A DNA stretch of 64,000 nt from a virus (Duplodnaviria; Caudoviricetes), in the IMG/VR virus record IMGVR_UViG_2857192945_000001, positions 7,598 through 71,597 of that record. One strand, written 5' to 3'. The first letter of the stretch is position 1. Each line of letters begins with the position of its first letter. Below are positions 30,201 to 38,887 of this stretch, one piece after another. The notes below the pieces were generated by a model. That model was not told the DNA's origin. It saw nothing but the letters and a program-made list of their open reading frames with translations, and made no database searches. Position numbers and translations under genes: made by a program.

Positions 30201-33200
30201 GGAAGGCGACGGTAATTACGTATCCTATCTGACCTCTGATAACGCCTACCAGTGGAGGGTCCGTCCTGGTGTGGCTACCACCGTCCGGGTGGCCGCCTAT
30301 GACCGGATGAACAATAAGTCGGCACCTTGTGCTCCGGTCAGCATTGTTACCGCTCGAGACAACCTGCCACCGTTCGATCCTGGACACCTGGTAGCGTCTG
30401 CCGGACTAGCCGCAATTTGGCTGAAGTGGGACACAGCAGTGGTAAAAAACTTGCTGCCTTGGTCGCAAGACTTTTCACCTGTCGCTTGGCACAAGGGTTC
30501 CGTTGTCAACATCGCGGGCATCGGGGACCCGATCGGTGGGGTTACTGCAACGCGTCTGGTCGAATTAGCAACGACCGGCAATCACGGCATGATCACCTAT
30601 ACTGACGCGTCAGGCGAGAACACCCTCAGCGTCTACGCCAAGGCCGAGGAGAGGAGAGTTCTGCAGCTGGCGCTATCGGGTGAAGAGGGTCTGCAGACCG
30701 CATACTTTGATCTCGAGTCTGGTACCGTCATCGGCGGCACCGCGGCAGCCAAGATCATCCCCTACGAAGGCGGCTTCTTCCGGTGCGCGCTGACCGCCGA
30801 TCTGCCCGCAGAGCAGTCGAACACCGTTGCCATTATGCTGAGCGACGGTGTTTCCATGCCCGCGGATGGTGCTCCGTCCTATATTGGTAACGGTGAGTCC
30901 GGACTGACAATTTGGGGCGCGCAACTGGAAATAGGCTCGCGAGTTTCCCCTTATGTTGTCTCTGCCGGTCAAGCGACGTCGGCGGCTGTACCGCAGGACC
31001 CGGACTTCTCGCATATCGAGGTGTGGGAGAGTGAGACCGACGATCTCAGCGAGGCATCTCTTGTCTCGGAGACCTCCGGCACGGCGTTCTCTCGCACCGG
31101 CCTCGCACTGGAGACTGAGCGCTTCTACTGGCTTCGTGCGGTCGACACCTCAGGTAACAAGAGCCGCTTCACCTCGATGGTGAGCGCGACCACGGGCGAA
31201 ATCCCTGAGACCGAACTGCCTACCATTGAAGGCATCCTGTTTAATCCTGGTCAGGGTGAAGCTAAGAACACACTCACCTGGAGCAGCGGTTCGATAACCT
31301 ACAACAAGGGGACCGAGACGAGGGAGATCGAAGCCGGCTCCGTAGATTGGATCGGAGGCACGATCTACGTCTTCTACGTTCGCGGGGACACTCAGCTCTC
31401 CACGACCCAGAATATCGTCGCGGTCTATGCCGACGACGGTATAGTGCTGGGCATATACAAGGGTGGGACCGTATTCCAACTGGTCGAAGGTCGGGCGTAT
31501 ATGGACGGCGGGCTGGTGTTGGCTCATACAATCGGCGCCAATCATCTCGTTACTAACCAGGCGGTCATCACTGGTTCTGCACAGATCGCTGAAGCAATTA
31601 TCGGTGACGCTCACGTTACCGAGTTGTCGGCTGACAAGCTGCAGGCTGGAACGGCTATTGCAGGCTCGATCACGGTTGATGGTCGCACGCTGGGTACGAT
31701 CACCTCCAGCGATATCGTCAATGACGACATGTCGATTGCCGAGAACTGGAACACGAACCCGAGCGTAGTGTTCGCGGACGACGGTAACGGCAAGCAGGTC
31801 ATGCGGGGCACGGGTGACCAAGGCGCAGCCATCTCGCAGGAAAAGGTGCCGTTCGATCCGTCCAGGATCTACAAGCTCACGTTTCGAATTCGCCGTGTAG
31901 GTGCGAGCGACCCCAACCGCTCTTGCTATCTTGGCATTGCAGGCTTTGCCTCTGACAAGACCACACCGGTAAATGCCCTCGGCGTTATCGGGGAAAGCAG
32001 CCCGTATCACTACATCGTAGGAAATTTCAGTCAGTCAGAGGTGCCGAGTGAGTGGGCGAACTATTCGACCTATATCGATGGTTCGGCGCCTGGCGCGACG
32101 GTGACCGGAGGAACGACCCCGTCTGATCCGTCAAAGCTCTCTGAGGTGGTCAGCTACATCTCTCCCATAATTCTGTTCAACTACGGAACGGGAGACTTGC
32201 CGCAGGCGATGGAAGCTCAGCTCGTTCGACTTGAAACGATGCCTCGTGAGGCGGCGGCTCTGGTCAATGCAGGTATGACCAAAATAGACCCTGGTAAGAT
32301 TTTGATTTCTGGCGGCACGAGCCTTGCCGACTGGCGCTCGGGTGGCGATCTAACAGAGATCAACGGCGGTGCGATATCAGCCAACACGATTAAAGCCAAC
32401 AGTCTGACGATCGGCCAGCGTGGCATCGAGATCATCAACCTGGAGTTCGAGCACAACAAGCCGAGCGTGAACAGCGTGTCTTGGACGCCGGGGACGATCA
32501 CGTACATCGGAGATGACGGTAACAGCGCCTGGCGAGACATTGTCGAGGGTTCAGCCAATTACACGACCGGCACGCTATATCTCTATTGGCAGAAGGGTAC
32601 GTATGAGATCGCCTCCACGACGGATCTGGCGGTGGCTCAAGCTTCCGACTGCGTGATCTTGGCGACCTATCAGGGGAATACTCGACTGGTGGCTCAGTAC
32701 GGTCGTACGGTGATCGACGGTGACCATATCAAGACCGGCACGATAACGGCAGCTCAGGCTGATTTGGATAGTCTCCGGGCGGGCATCTTGGTGGCCGGCT
32801 CGATCAGCACCAACATGTTGCAGGCCGGCGCGGTTACCGCGTCGAAGATGTTTATCGGCAACAACTCGAACATGATCCCTGACGGCAATATGGAAGATCC
32901 TGATGCTTGGGACAACTTGGCTACGTCGTTGGGGGCCGTGGAGATCGGCGTGGTTGGCGGTTGGTCCGGTTTTGTTGGTTCTGCAGGAAGCATCAGGATC
33001 ACACCTGCCACGGATTACTCCGGGCAGCTCACCCTGTGGACGAGCCAACTCGTTCAGGTAGCAGTTGGCGAGCAGTATAACGTCGGCTGCGAAGTTGTTC
33101 ACCACCACACCAAGCCCGCCTATACCTTTTTCACTGTTGACACCTACGACGTGAATAAGAACCGGACCGGCGGTCAGATATTTGGTGGCCGGTCGGATAG

Positions 33201-33528
33201 TGCACAGACCCGGACGTCGCACTCGACCAACTTCGTCGTACCGTCGGGCTGCCGGTATATTTTGCTGCGCGCATGGGCCTACACCCTTCCCGGAGGTGTC
33301 CGAACCGATTTCGGCGGAGCATACATTCGCCGTAGAAACGGCGGTGAGCTTGTCGTTGAGGGATCTATCACTGCTGACAAGCTCAGCGTGTCAAGCCTTT
33401 CGGCGATCACTGCAACCATCGGCACGTTCCAAAGCGCTCCCAGCGGCCAGAGGACGATGATCCAGGACTCGCTGATCCGTGTGTTCGACGCAAACGGCGT
33501 TGAGCGGGTTCGACTGGGGGTATGGTAA
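27247..33528 (+). CDS. Central tail fibre / host specificity protein (gpJ-like) with FN3 and carbohydrate-binding-like modules
   Basis: LSDGEI, VPSNYDP, TDNPAW, YCDQLVPDG, GCTSRGQARRLG, ends RVRLGVW. Confidence 0.92.
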   Translation: MTQLPKITEFLHGKGGGGKGSAKNDKNTLRSNATVRFIALLSDGEIVGPTRGSRDILLDETRLEADNGQLNFRGVQWDFRSGLPDQAPFDNFKGVEQETTIGVQVTKNNPVTRTLTDPDFTHCRVMIRIPALFKQTDEGMKRTSVQFRIEVRPYNGSYVDAFGVITLSGKNTSGYDKSYTIKLPQNPAPSVSYPWEVRVTRITSDAEDNTKTQDMLYFASLTGIIDEQFIYPDSALLAMAISAEDFEQGLPSLAVEGDGAIIKVPSNYDPVNRTYSGIWNGTFKDAYTDNPAWIYYDIVTNRRVGMGEYIPESSVDKWTLYEIGAYCDQLVPDGFGGMEPRFRMAAYLTDNKECYELLQLIASSFRGMSFWSSGSVTAVQDRPSDPVQLVTRANVVDGEFIYSSSSHTARHTVAHVRYMDPNDLYKSAVEVVRDPQAILRYGERVKEVNAFGCTSRGQARRLGMWILQSELYETQTVTYRAGMDHASLKPGDDILIMDERISGVDNGGRLKRYQSATSVTLDREVTLKSGVSYSLYVMMPDGSVASSPVVGGAGSRSTLALGTALPQQPVSAAVWVLSASNVAPRPFRVLANTEKEDHIFEITALQKHVPKYEFVDRSARFDTPSYREERELTPPKNLTAKEYSYFVNGVPKVGLTVSWEGDAKNLASVFRVEIESPNDQDRFTYPRVSGFSVDVEDVIPGLYTIKVYTLGVSNGRSDPATLLYDAMGWGEVAVPEVRNLQLARPFESPDCEIKWENYFPGGPTNNSMYKMNTVRVYGLVDGERVLRREENVFEPKYTYTIDKNRTDGKPARRLFFEVTATFIVTGIDRTSVPAELTAYNPPIDAPAVKVDSGFGQILISWGATVDTDYVKTKVWAEPLSGYDPTATTPVFEGQAGLYPFQVGNSIPIYVRVAHIDSFSEDDFLASSEVMGQALEVTIDTEPPATPTGLALISTVLEDDPGYVQLIAKWDANTEEDLAGYEVQIKEGDGNYVSYLTSDNAYQWRVRPGVATTVRVAAYDRMNNKSAPCAPVSIVTARDNLPPFDPGHLVASAGLAAIWLKWDTAVVKNLLPWSQDFSPVAWHKGSVVNIAGIGDPIGGVTATRLVELATTGNHGMITYTDASGENTLSVYAKAEERRVLQLALSGEEGLQTAYFDLESGTVIGGTAAAKIIPYEGGFFRCALTADLPAEQSNTVAIMLSDGVSMPADGAPSYIGNGESGLTIWGAQLEIGSRVSPYVVSAGQATSAAVPQDPDFSHIEVWESETDDLSEASLVSETSGTAFSRTGLALETERFYWLRAVDTSGNKSRFTSMVSATTGEIPETELPTIEGILFNPGQGEAKNTLTWSSGSITYNKGTETREIEAGSVDWIGGTIYVFYVRGDTQLSTTQNIVAVYADDGIVLGIYKGGTVFQLVEGRAYMDGGLVLAHTIGANHLVTNQAVITGSAQIAEAIIGDAHVTELSADKLQAGTAIAGSITVDGRTLGTITSSDIVNDDMSIAENWNTNPSVVFADDGNGKQVMRGTGDQGAAISQEKVPFDPSRIYKLTFRIRRVGASDPNRSCYLGIAGFASDKTTPVNALGVIGESSPYHYIVGNFSQSEVPSEWANYSTYIDGSAPGATVTGGTTPSDPSKLSEVVSYISPIILFNYGTGDLPQAMEAQLVRLETMPREAAALVNAGMTKIDPGKILISGGTSLADWRSGGDLTEINGGAISANTIKANSLTIGQRGIEIINLEFEHNKPSVNSVSWTPGTITYIGDDGNSAWRDIVEGSANYTTGTLYLYWQKGTYEIASTTDLAVAQASDCVILATYQGNTRLVAQYGRTVIDGDHIKTGTITAAQADLDSLRAGILVAGSISTNMLQAGAVTASKMFIGNNSNMIPDGNMEDPDAWDNLATSLGAVEIGVVGGWSGFVGSAGSIRITPATDYSGQLTLWTSQLVQVAVGEQYNVGCEVVHHHTKPAYTFFTVDTYDVNKNRTGGQIFGGRSDSAQTRTSHSTNFVVPSGCRYILLRAWAYTLPGGVRTDFGGAYIRRRNGGELVVEGSITADKLSVSSLSAITATIGTFQSAPSGQRTMIQDSLIRVFDANGVERVRLGVW

Positions 33529-33821
33529 TGGCCGCGGGTCTAATCATTTGGGACGAATACGGTCGTGTCGTGATGGACACGACCACCAGAATGGGGCGCA
33601 TCCTCGGCTTCGGCACGATTGGAACAGCCGATGGCAGCATCACGCCAGGGGGCTGGGATACGGGCACCCTGTTTTTCTCGCTTATACCACGGGCTCAGGG
33701 CTTCGAGACCGGCTACGACTACCCGACGATCACACGCAATACGACGTCATTGTTCTGGGCTTGGGGAAGCACCCCCGCTCACAGGCGGGCAAACGTCAAC
33801 TTTGTGTGGGGGGTGTACTGA
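33528..33821 (+). CDS. Small tail-tip associated protein
   Basis: MAAGLIIWDEYG...WGVY pattern typical of genes following gpJ; TAATG coupling. Confidence 0.7.
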   Translation: MAAGLIIWDEYGRVVMDTTTRMGRILGFGTIGTADGSITPGGWDTGTLFFSLIPRAQGFETGYDYPTITRNTTSLFWAWGSTPAHRRANVNFVWGVY

Positions 33822-34483
33822 TGACAGCCGGTCTCTTTATCAGAAACGATTATGGAACGGTCCAGATCGACGAGAATTACACCAATCTCGTCCTTACCGC
33901 CTCGGGGACCGTCATCTCTCAGGCTGCCGATCCATATCTGAACTCGAGCTTCACGATCACTGTGACCGGAACCAACCCGCTCATCGCGATATATCACGGC
34001 GCGTACTGGATGATCCATACCTGCACGCAGTCGGGAAATGTCTTCACTTATGTCGGGTACACAGAAGCCGGCGCCGGCACCGCCGTTCAGTATTACGTGT
34101 TCGACCGCGCCCCGCACGTCGCTAACGCCTCACGTTCGGGCCTTCTGATTTGGAATGGCTCGGGGCAGGTTGTGTTCAACAGCGACATGCGGCCTCTCCG
34201 CATCAGCGGGGTGCTCGAGAACGCAGGTAACGGGACCTTCGGTTTCGCAGCGGGTCGGGCGTACGCGGTGATTATGGCCGCCCCGTTCTATTCCGTAAGC
34301 GTTTCTAGAGTCAGTCCGACGCTTTGGATATCTACATTCCATTCCAGCCGAGTAGCGACGTCGGGCGCGAATATCTTGTGTGCGTCAAGACAGTTGCGGA
34401 CGCCCTTGTCATCTGGTGCGGGGTTCCAAGTGTGGCCACCCAATTTCTACTCCCTGATCGTCGTCGACGTCACCAACTATTGA
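33821..34483 (+). CDS. Tail-tip associated protein
   Basis: MTAGLFIRNDYGTVQIDENY, YYVFD, GLLIWNGSGQVVFNS, ends VDVTNY; TGATG coupling. Confidence 0.7.
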   Translation: MTAGLFIRNDYGTVQIDENYTNLVLTASGTVISQAADPYLNSSFTITVTGTNPLIAIYHGAYWMIHTCTQSGNVFTYVGYTEAGAGTAVQYYVFDRAPHVANASRSGLLIWNGSGQVVFNSDMRPLRISGVLENAGNGTFGFAAGRAYAVIMAAPFYSVSVSRVSPTLWISTFHSSRVATSGANILCASRQLRTPLSSGAGFQVWPPNFYSLIVVDVTNY

Positions 34484-34523
34484 GGAATGCGGCTCCATGG
34501 TGCTGTCGTGGGTCCGTTTTCGT

Positions 34524-34577
34524 TGCAATCAATTGCACTCGATGAGCTGTTTATGTAGTGCTGTGCAATCAATTGCA
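34524..34577. promoter_or_regulatory. Tandem pair of palindromes upstream of lysis cassette
   Basis: TGCAATCAATTGCA at 34524 and 34564, 40 bp apart. Confidence 0.7.
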
Positions 34578-34594
34578 CAAACGGGACAGCCGCC

Positions 34595-35743
34595 ATGGTC
34601 ACGAAAGCGGAACTCAACAGGTTCCTTCCGAATGCCAAGGCCAGTCTGATCGATGCCATCGTCGATAACTGGGCTGAAGCCGAAAAGCAGGGGATATCGA
34701 CACCCCGCCGTATCCGCCATTTCATGTGCAATATTGCCGTGGAGACAGGCGGCCTGCGCACCATTGTCGAAAGCCTGACATACACCAGCGCAGAGCGCAT
34801 CCAGGCCGTATGGCCATCGCGGTTCAAGACCGTAAAATCTGCTCAGCCGTACGTTCGCCAGGCCAAGAAACTGGCGATCAAGGTCTATGGTGGTCGCATG
34901 GGCAACGCCTCGGCGCCCAGCGAAGATGGGTGGATCTATCGAGGCGGCGGTATGCTGCAGACCACGGGGCGCGAGGGCTATCGCAAGATGGGCTTCGAGA
35001 AAAGCCCCGGCACGCTTCAGACGAATGTAAAGGTCGCATTTCTCACCGCCGTCCGGGAGTGGGGCAAACGTGGCTGCAATGCGCTGGCCGACAAGGATGA
35101 TACGACCGGAGTTCGCAAGGCGATCAACGGCGGCACGAATGGTCTGGCAGAAGTCAAGAAATACTTGGCGACGGCCAAGAAGGTCTGGCCAGACAACGCT
35201 AAAGCCGCGCTACCGAAGAACTCCCCGATCACCAACCCTGTTATCGTCAAAGACGTACAGGTGATGCTCAAACAGCTGGGCTACACGGAGGTCGGAGGGT
35301 CAGATGGTATTATCGGCACCATGACTCGCGGGGCAATCCTTGCCTTCAGGGCGGAGAATGGTCTGCCGTTGAGTACGTCGATCGACGATGAGTTCATGGA
35401 GGCGCTGAAAACGGCTCAGCCGCGGCAGATCGCTGTCGGAAGGGTAGCTGCTCCGGTGAAGGACGTGGTAGCCAAGGTGCCGGAAGTGAAGGCTAACTTC
35501 ATCTCCAAGATCATCTCTGCCGTGACCGCGTTCTTCTCGACTATCGTTGCGGCGGTGATGGGCATCTTCGATCAGTTTGATGCAGCCAAGGCGTATATAG
35601 ACCCGCTCAAGGAATACGCGGCAGACGTACCTGGCTGGGTCTGGCTCCTGATTATCGCGATCATTGCCGCCGTGATTTTCGGCATTAGCCGGCATGGTGA
35701 AAAGAAAGGTGTCGAGGCGTTCCAGAACGGTGAGCGCCGATGA
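34595..35743 (+). CDS. Endolysin: GH19 catalytic domain, peptidoglycan-binding domain, C-terminal hydrophobic helices
   Basis: HFMCNIAVETGG, YGGRMGN, YRGGGMLQTTGR, INGGTNG; VQVMLKQLGY...DGIIGTMTRGAILAF. Confidence 0.9.
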   Translation: MVTKAELNRFLPNAKASLIDAIVDNWAEAEKQGISTPRRIRHFMCNIAVETGGLRTIVESLTYTSAERIQAVWPSRFKTVKSAQPYVRQAKKLAIKVYGGRMGNASAPSEDGWIYRGGGMLQTTGREGYRKMGFEKSPGTLQTNVKVAFLTAVREWGKRGCNALADKDDTTGVRKAINGGTNGLAEVKKYLATAKKVWPDNAKAALPKNSPITNPVIVKDVQVMLKQLGYTEVGGSDGIIGTMTRGAILAFRAENGLPLSTSIDDEFMEALKTAQPRQIAVGRVAAPVKDVVAKVPEVKANFISKIISAVTAFFSTIVAAVMGIFDQFDAAKAYIDPLKEYAADVPGWVWLLIIAIIAAVIFGISRHGEKKGVEAFQNGERR

Positions 35744-35985
35744 GCCCGAAATCAATCATCTATGGACTGTTAGGTCTCGCTATTATCGGCGCGCTGAGCT
35801 GGACAGTTCATGAGCTCCGTGAAGGCGCGCGGCAGGAGGCCATCAGTGATGTTGAGAAAGCAAATAGGGCTAATGACGGGAAGGCCGCAAAAGGGCAGGC
35901 GGCTGTTGATGAGTGTTACCGGCGCGGCGGCACTTGGGATCGTACTCGCGGGCTGTGCTCCCAAAGCAATGCTGCCGGTAAATAA
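35740..35985 (+). CDS. Inner-membrane spanin (Rz-like)
   Basis: N-terminal TM helix, helical periplasmic part, C-terminal Cys residues; follows endolysin. Confidence 0.65.
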   Translation: MSPKSIIYGLLGLAIIGALSWTVHELREGARQEAISDVEKANRANDGKAAKGQAAVDECYRRGGTWDRTRGLCSQSNAAGK

Positions 35986-36127
35986 GCCTTGCGGGGTCAT
36001 TGACGACTCACTGGGCGATGTTCAGGCGACGACGAAAGAGGGCAACAAGAGGATCGACGCTCATTTCGAGCGTGGGGTCCGCGCTGGGTGCTGGGATCGT
36101 TCTTCGGCCTCCAGCGTTAAACATTAG
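35909..36127 (+). CDS. Outer-membrane lipoprotein spanin (Rz1-like)
   Basis: Signal peptide ending in lipobox LAGC; overlaps 3' end of Rz-like gene in another frame. Confidence 0.7.
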   Translation: MSVTGAAALGIVLAGCAPKAMLPVNKPCGVIDDSLGDVQATTKEGNKRIDAHFERGVRAGCWDRSSASSVKH

Positions 36128-36139
36128 AAGGGTACGTCA

Positions 36140-36445
36140 GTGAATATTTTTGGGCATGACATATCCTTTTGGCTCGCCGTGTTCGGCGCAGCGCTCTTTA
36201 AGCTGGCCACGTCTCCCCGGATGACGTGGCTCCGTAGCATCATCTCGGTGTTCGCCGCCTTGTTTGCTGCTTGGGTCTTCACCAAGCCTGTGCTGGCCCT
36301 TCTGGAACTCGACGGGAATACCTATACAATCCCGGTCGCGGTACTCGCCGGATTGACCGGAGAAGGGTTGATGAAATGGTCGATCTTCGCCGCAAACAAT
36401 CCCAAGGAAGCGATCGAGTTTCTCAAAGTGTGGAAAATGAGATGA
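36140..36445 (+). CDS. Putative holin
   Basis: 101 aa with about three hydrophobic segments, in lysis cassette. Confidence 0.65.
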   Translation: MNIFGHDISFWLAVFGAALFKLATSPRMTWLRSIISVFAALFAAWVFTKPVLALLELDGNTYTIPVAVLAGLTGEGLMKWSIFAANNPKEAIEFLKVWKMR

Positions 36446-36528
36446 GCAATGACCGTGCAGATCACTGGCCTCTCGTACTCCTCATAGGATGGGCCGTGCT
36501 GCTCGCTATTGCCAGCTGCTCTCAGTAG
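36442..36528 (+). CDS. 28-aa hydrophobic peptide
   Basis: ATGA overlap with holin; MSNDRADHWPLVLLIGWAVLLAIASCSQ; palindrome follows stop. Confidence 0.4.
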   Translation: MSNDRADHWPLVLLIGWAVLLAIASCSQ

Positions 36529-36620
36529 GAATTTGTGCAATCAATTGCATTTTTGCTTGCTAATGCACGCATCTCAGTCATAGTCAGATGGAATAAGGCC
36601 AAGGAGGGCCGCCATCGACC

Positions 36621-37823
36621 ATGCTCAAACTAGCCATAGAAGCCCAGATCCCGCTGATCGCTGTTCACACCCGAGACCTCGTCAATTTCGTCGAGGTTCT
36701 GAAGACGCTCACGGACAAGCCTCCCCTCCCATACGACATTAATTCCACCAAGCCACAACCGGACACGCTATTTTACTTCGTTCACCCTGCAGGCGCCCAG
36801 CTGCCGCTGGTGAAGCTGTACGAGAAGATGGTCAATGCCGAGAGCACGCTCATTCTGGTGAACCCGGAGCGTGTGGTGGAACCGATGTTCAATGCCGGCG
36901 AAGTGCCGGTTCCGCGTCAGCTGCTTCTCGATTTCATGACCGCGGTCGTGGAGGACAAGGAAAAAGCCAAGGTGCTCCTGCAGGGGTTGGGTGGCTGCAC
37001 GATCAAGGAAGCAGCCGAGCTCGCTCGCCTCACCATGGCTCGGGATCACAGCCTCACCGTTCAGGGCATCATGGAGACCCGTAAGTCGATATTCCAGGCG
37101 TCGAATGGCCTGACCCAGATCGACGTCAAGCAGGACTTCTACGATCCACCGGAGGAGCTTGCTACGTGGATCGAGAAGGAGCGTGAGTTCTTCCTGCACG
37201 GGACCGATCCCCGACTTATCCCGAGGGGCCTGCTGATGGACGGCCCTCCCGGAACCGGCAAGACGGCAGCTGCCAAGTACGTGGCTCTGCAGTGGGGCGT
37301 CCCGCTCTATCGCGTGGACATTGCCGGCACGAAGAACAAGTACGTGGGCGAGAGCGAGCAGAACATGCTGACCAACCTTGCACGCCTCGATCATGAGGAG
37401 CCGTGCATCGCCCTGATCGACGAGGTCGAGAAGATCTTCAACACGTCGAACAATGACACCTCGGGAACCACGTCCACGATGCTCAGCCAGCTCCTCTGGT
37501 GGCTTGCGGAGCATAAGAGCAGGGTTCTGGTCATGATGACGACGAACGCAGCCAGCAAGCTTCCCAAGGAGCTTTATCGCGAGGGCCGCATCGACAAGAC
37601 ACTGGACTTCAATGGGCTGGATAAGGCCAAGGCCGAGGAGTTCATCATCAAGGTGATCGACGGCTTCAAGGGCTTCATTTACGACCAGCCTACAGCGATC
37701 AAGGATATCATGAAGCGCGTGACCCCGATCGAAGGAGCTTCCCCGCCACTTTATTCGCAGGCGGCCCTGACCGCCGAGGTCTACAATTTTGTGAAGCAGG
37801 CCAAGCCATCTCTCACCACTTGA
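36621..37823 (+). CDS. AAA+ ATPase (Ycf46-like architecture)
   Basis: Walker A GPPGTGKT, KYVGESE, Walker B LIDEVEK, MTTN, REGRID arginine finger. Confidence 0.88.
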   Translation: MLKLAIEAQIPLIAVHTRDLVNFVEVLKTLTDKPPLPYDINSTKPQPDTLFYFVHPAGAQLPLVKLYEKMVNAESTLILVNPERVVEPMFNAGEVPVPRQLLLDFMTAVVEDKEKAKVLLQGLGGCTIKEAAELARLTMARDHSLTVQGIMETRKSIFQASNGLTQIDVKQDFYDPPEELATWIEKEREFFLHGTDPRLIPRGLLMDGPPGTGKTAAAKYVALQWGVPLYRVDIAGTKNKYVGESEQNMLTNLARLDHEEPCIALIDEVEKIFNTSNNDTSGTTSTMLSQLLWWLAEHKSRVLVMMTTNAASKLPKELYREGRIDKTLDFNGLDKAKAEEFIIKVIDGFKGFIYDQPTAIKDIMKRVTPIEGASPPLYSQAALTAEVYNFVKQAKPSLTT

Positions 37824-37883
37824 TCCTGTTCGACTACCAAGCACCATAGTTGTGCAATCAATTGCAATGAAGGAAACAGACTG

Positions 37884-38561
37884 ATGAACGCTGAAAAGCA
37901 GCAGCCTCTGATGATGGGCGGCACCGAAAGCAAGAACTCGTATCTCGTGATCGCCCGCCGCGGTGGTTTCGTCATCGGCGTGAAGCCGGAGGAGATCCTC
38001 GACGGTATCGCTATGAACTGTCCTGGGACGACATGGTTCGGCGCCCGCATCCGATCCGCGCTGGCCGGCGACATGTTCAAGGATGATCCGTCCAAGAAGG
38101 TGGTCGTGTCGATCGCTGATCTGGCGCTCACGACGGCGACAGCTTGGCCGGGGGTCGTCTGGGAAAAGACTGATGAGGTTCGCTCGTCCACGACCATCGG
38201 TGTTCTTCTCAAGGGTAAGCCAAACGGCACCGACGAGGAAGTGCAGCAGTTCCTTGCCGAGGTCGACCAGGGCGTTCTCGCATCGAAGATGGCCGACTAC
38301 GTGGCCGAGCTCGCAGGCGAGGAACACCTGATCATTCCGGTCAGCGAGATCAAGGAATGGTTCGACGCCTACTACAAGAAAATCGTCGCAATGATCATGG
38401 ACACCATAGCCAAGAAACAGGCCATTAAGGAGACGATGGAAGCCAACATCGGCGTGTTCGGCATGCAGGCGCAGATCCTCAAGAAAGCGCTGGAAAAGGC
38501 GCAGGAGAAGTCGCCGGCCAACAATGCCGAAGACAAGGACCCATCTACCGGGGAGGCGTGA
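37884..38561 (+). CDS. Hypothetical protein
   Basis: AAGGA SD, 225 aa ORF, phage-like codons. Confidence 0.7.
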   Translation: MNAEKQQPLMMGGTESKNSYLVIARRGGFVIGVKPEEILDGIAMNCPGTTWFGARIRSALAGDMFKDDPSKKVVVSIADLALTTATAWPGVVWEKTDEVRSSTTIGVLLKGKPNGTDEEVQQFLAEVDQGVLASKMADYVAELAGEEHLIIPVSEIKEWFDAYYKKIVAMIMDTIAKKQAIKETMEANIGVFGMQAQILKKALEKAQEKSPANNAEDKDPSTGEA

Positions 38562-38887
38562 TGCCGAATTGTATTGCTCGAGCCCATAAAGCTACAGGCA
38601 ATCTGACGGCTGCCGTGGTGTTCCTCGTCATTGGAGAGGAGTGCCGCAGGCAGTTGAAGAACGGGGTCCTCGGGGTCCCGTTCCCGTACGTCAAGATCAC
38701 GGAAGAAACTGGCTGCACGCGCAAGCAGGTGCGGTTCGCTCTCGAGGTGATCCGAGACAAGAAACTCCTGGAGTTCAGTCAGAAGCTGGTGGGCAACAAG
38801 AATGTGAACGTGTTCCGCCTCACAGATAAAGCCCTCAAAGTGATGGGAGGCGACGGCCTTGACGAATTTATTGGCGAGGGCCTTTGA
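38561..38887 (+). CDS. Winged helix-turn-helix protein
   Basis: PYVKITEETGCTRKQVRFALEVIRDKKLL HTH plus wing ending FRLTDKA. Confidence 0.7.
   Translation: MPNCIARAHKATGNLTAAVVFLVIGEECRRQLKNGVLGVPFPYVKITEETGCTRKQVRFALEVIRDKKLLEFSQKLVGNKNVNVFRLTDKALKVMGGDGLDEFIGEGL

Noticed and set aside
33479-33820. 334-aa version of the ORF ending at 34483
   Set aside because: The first 114 codons overlap gpJ and the 33528..33821 gene; TGATG coupling supports ATG 33821
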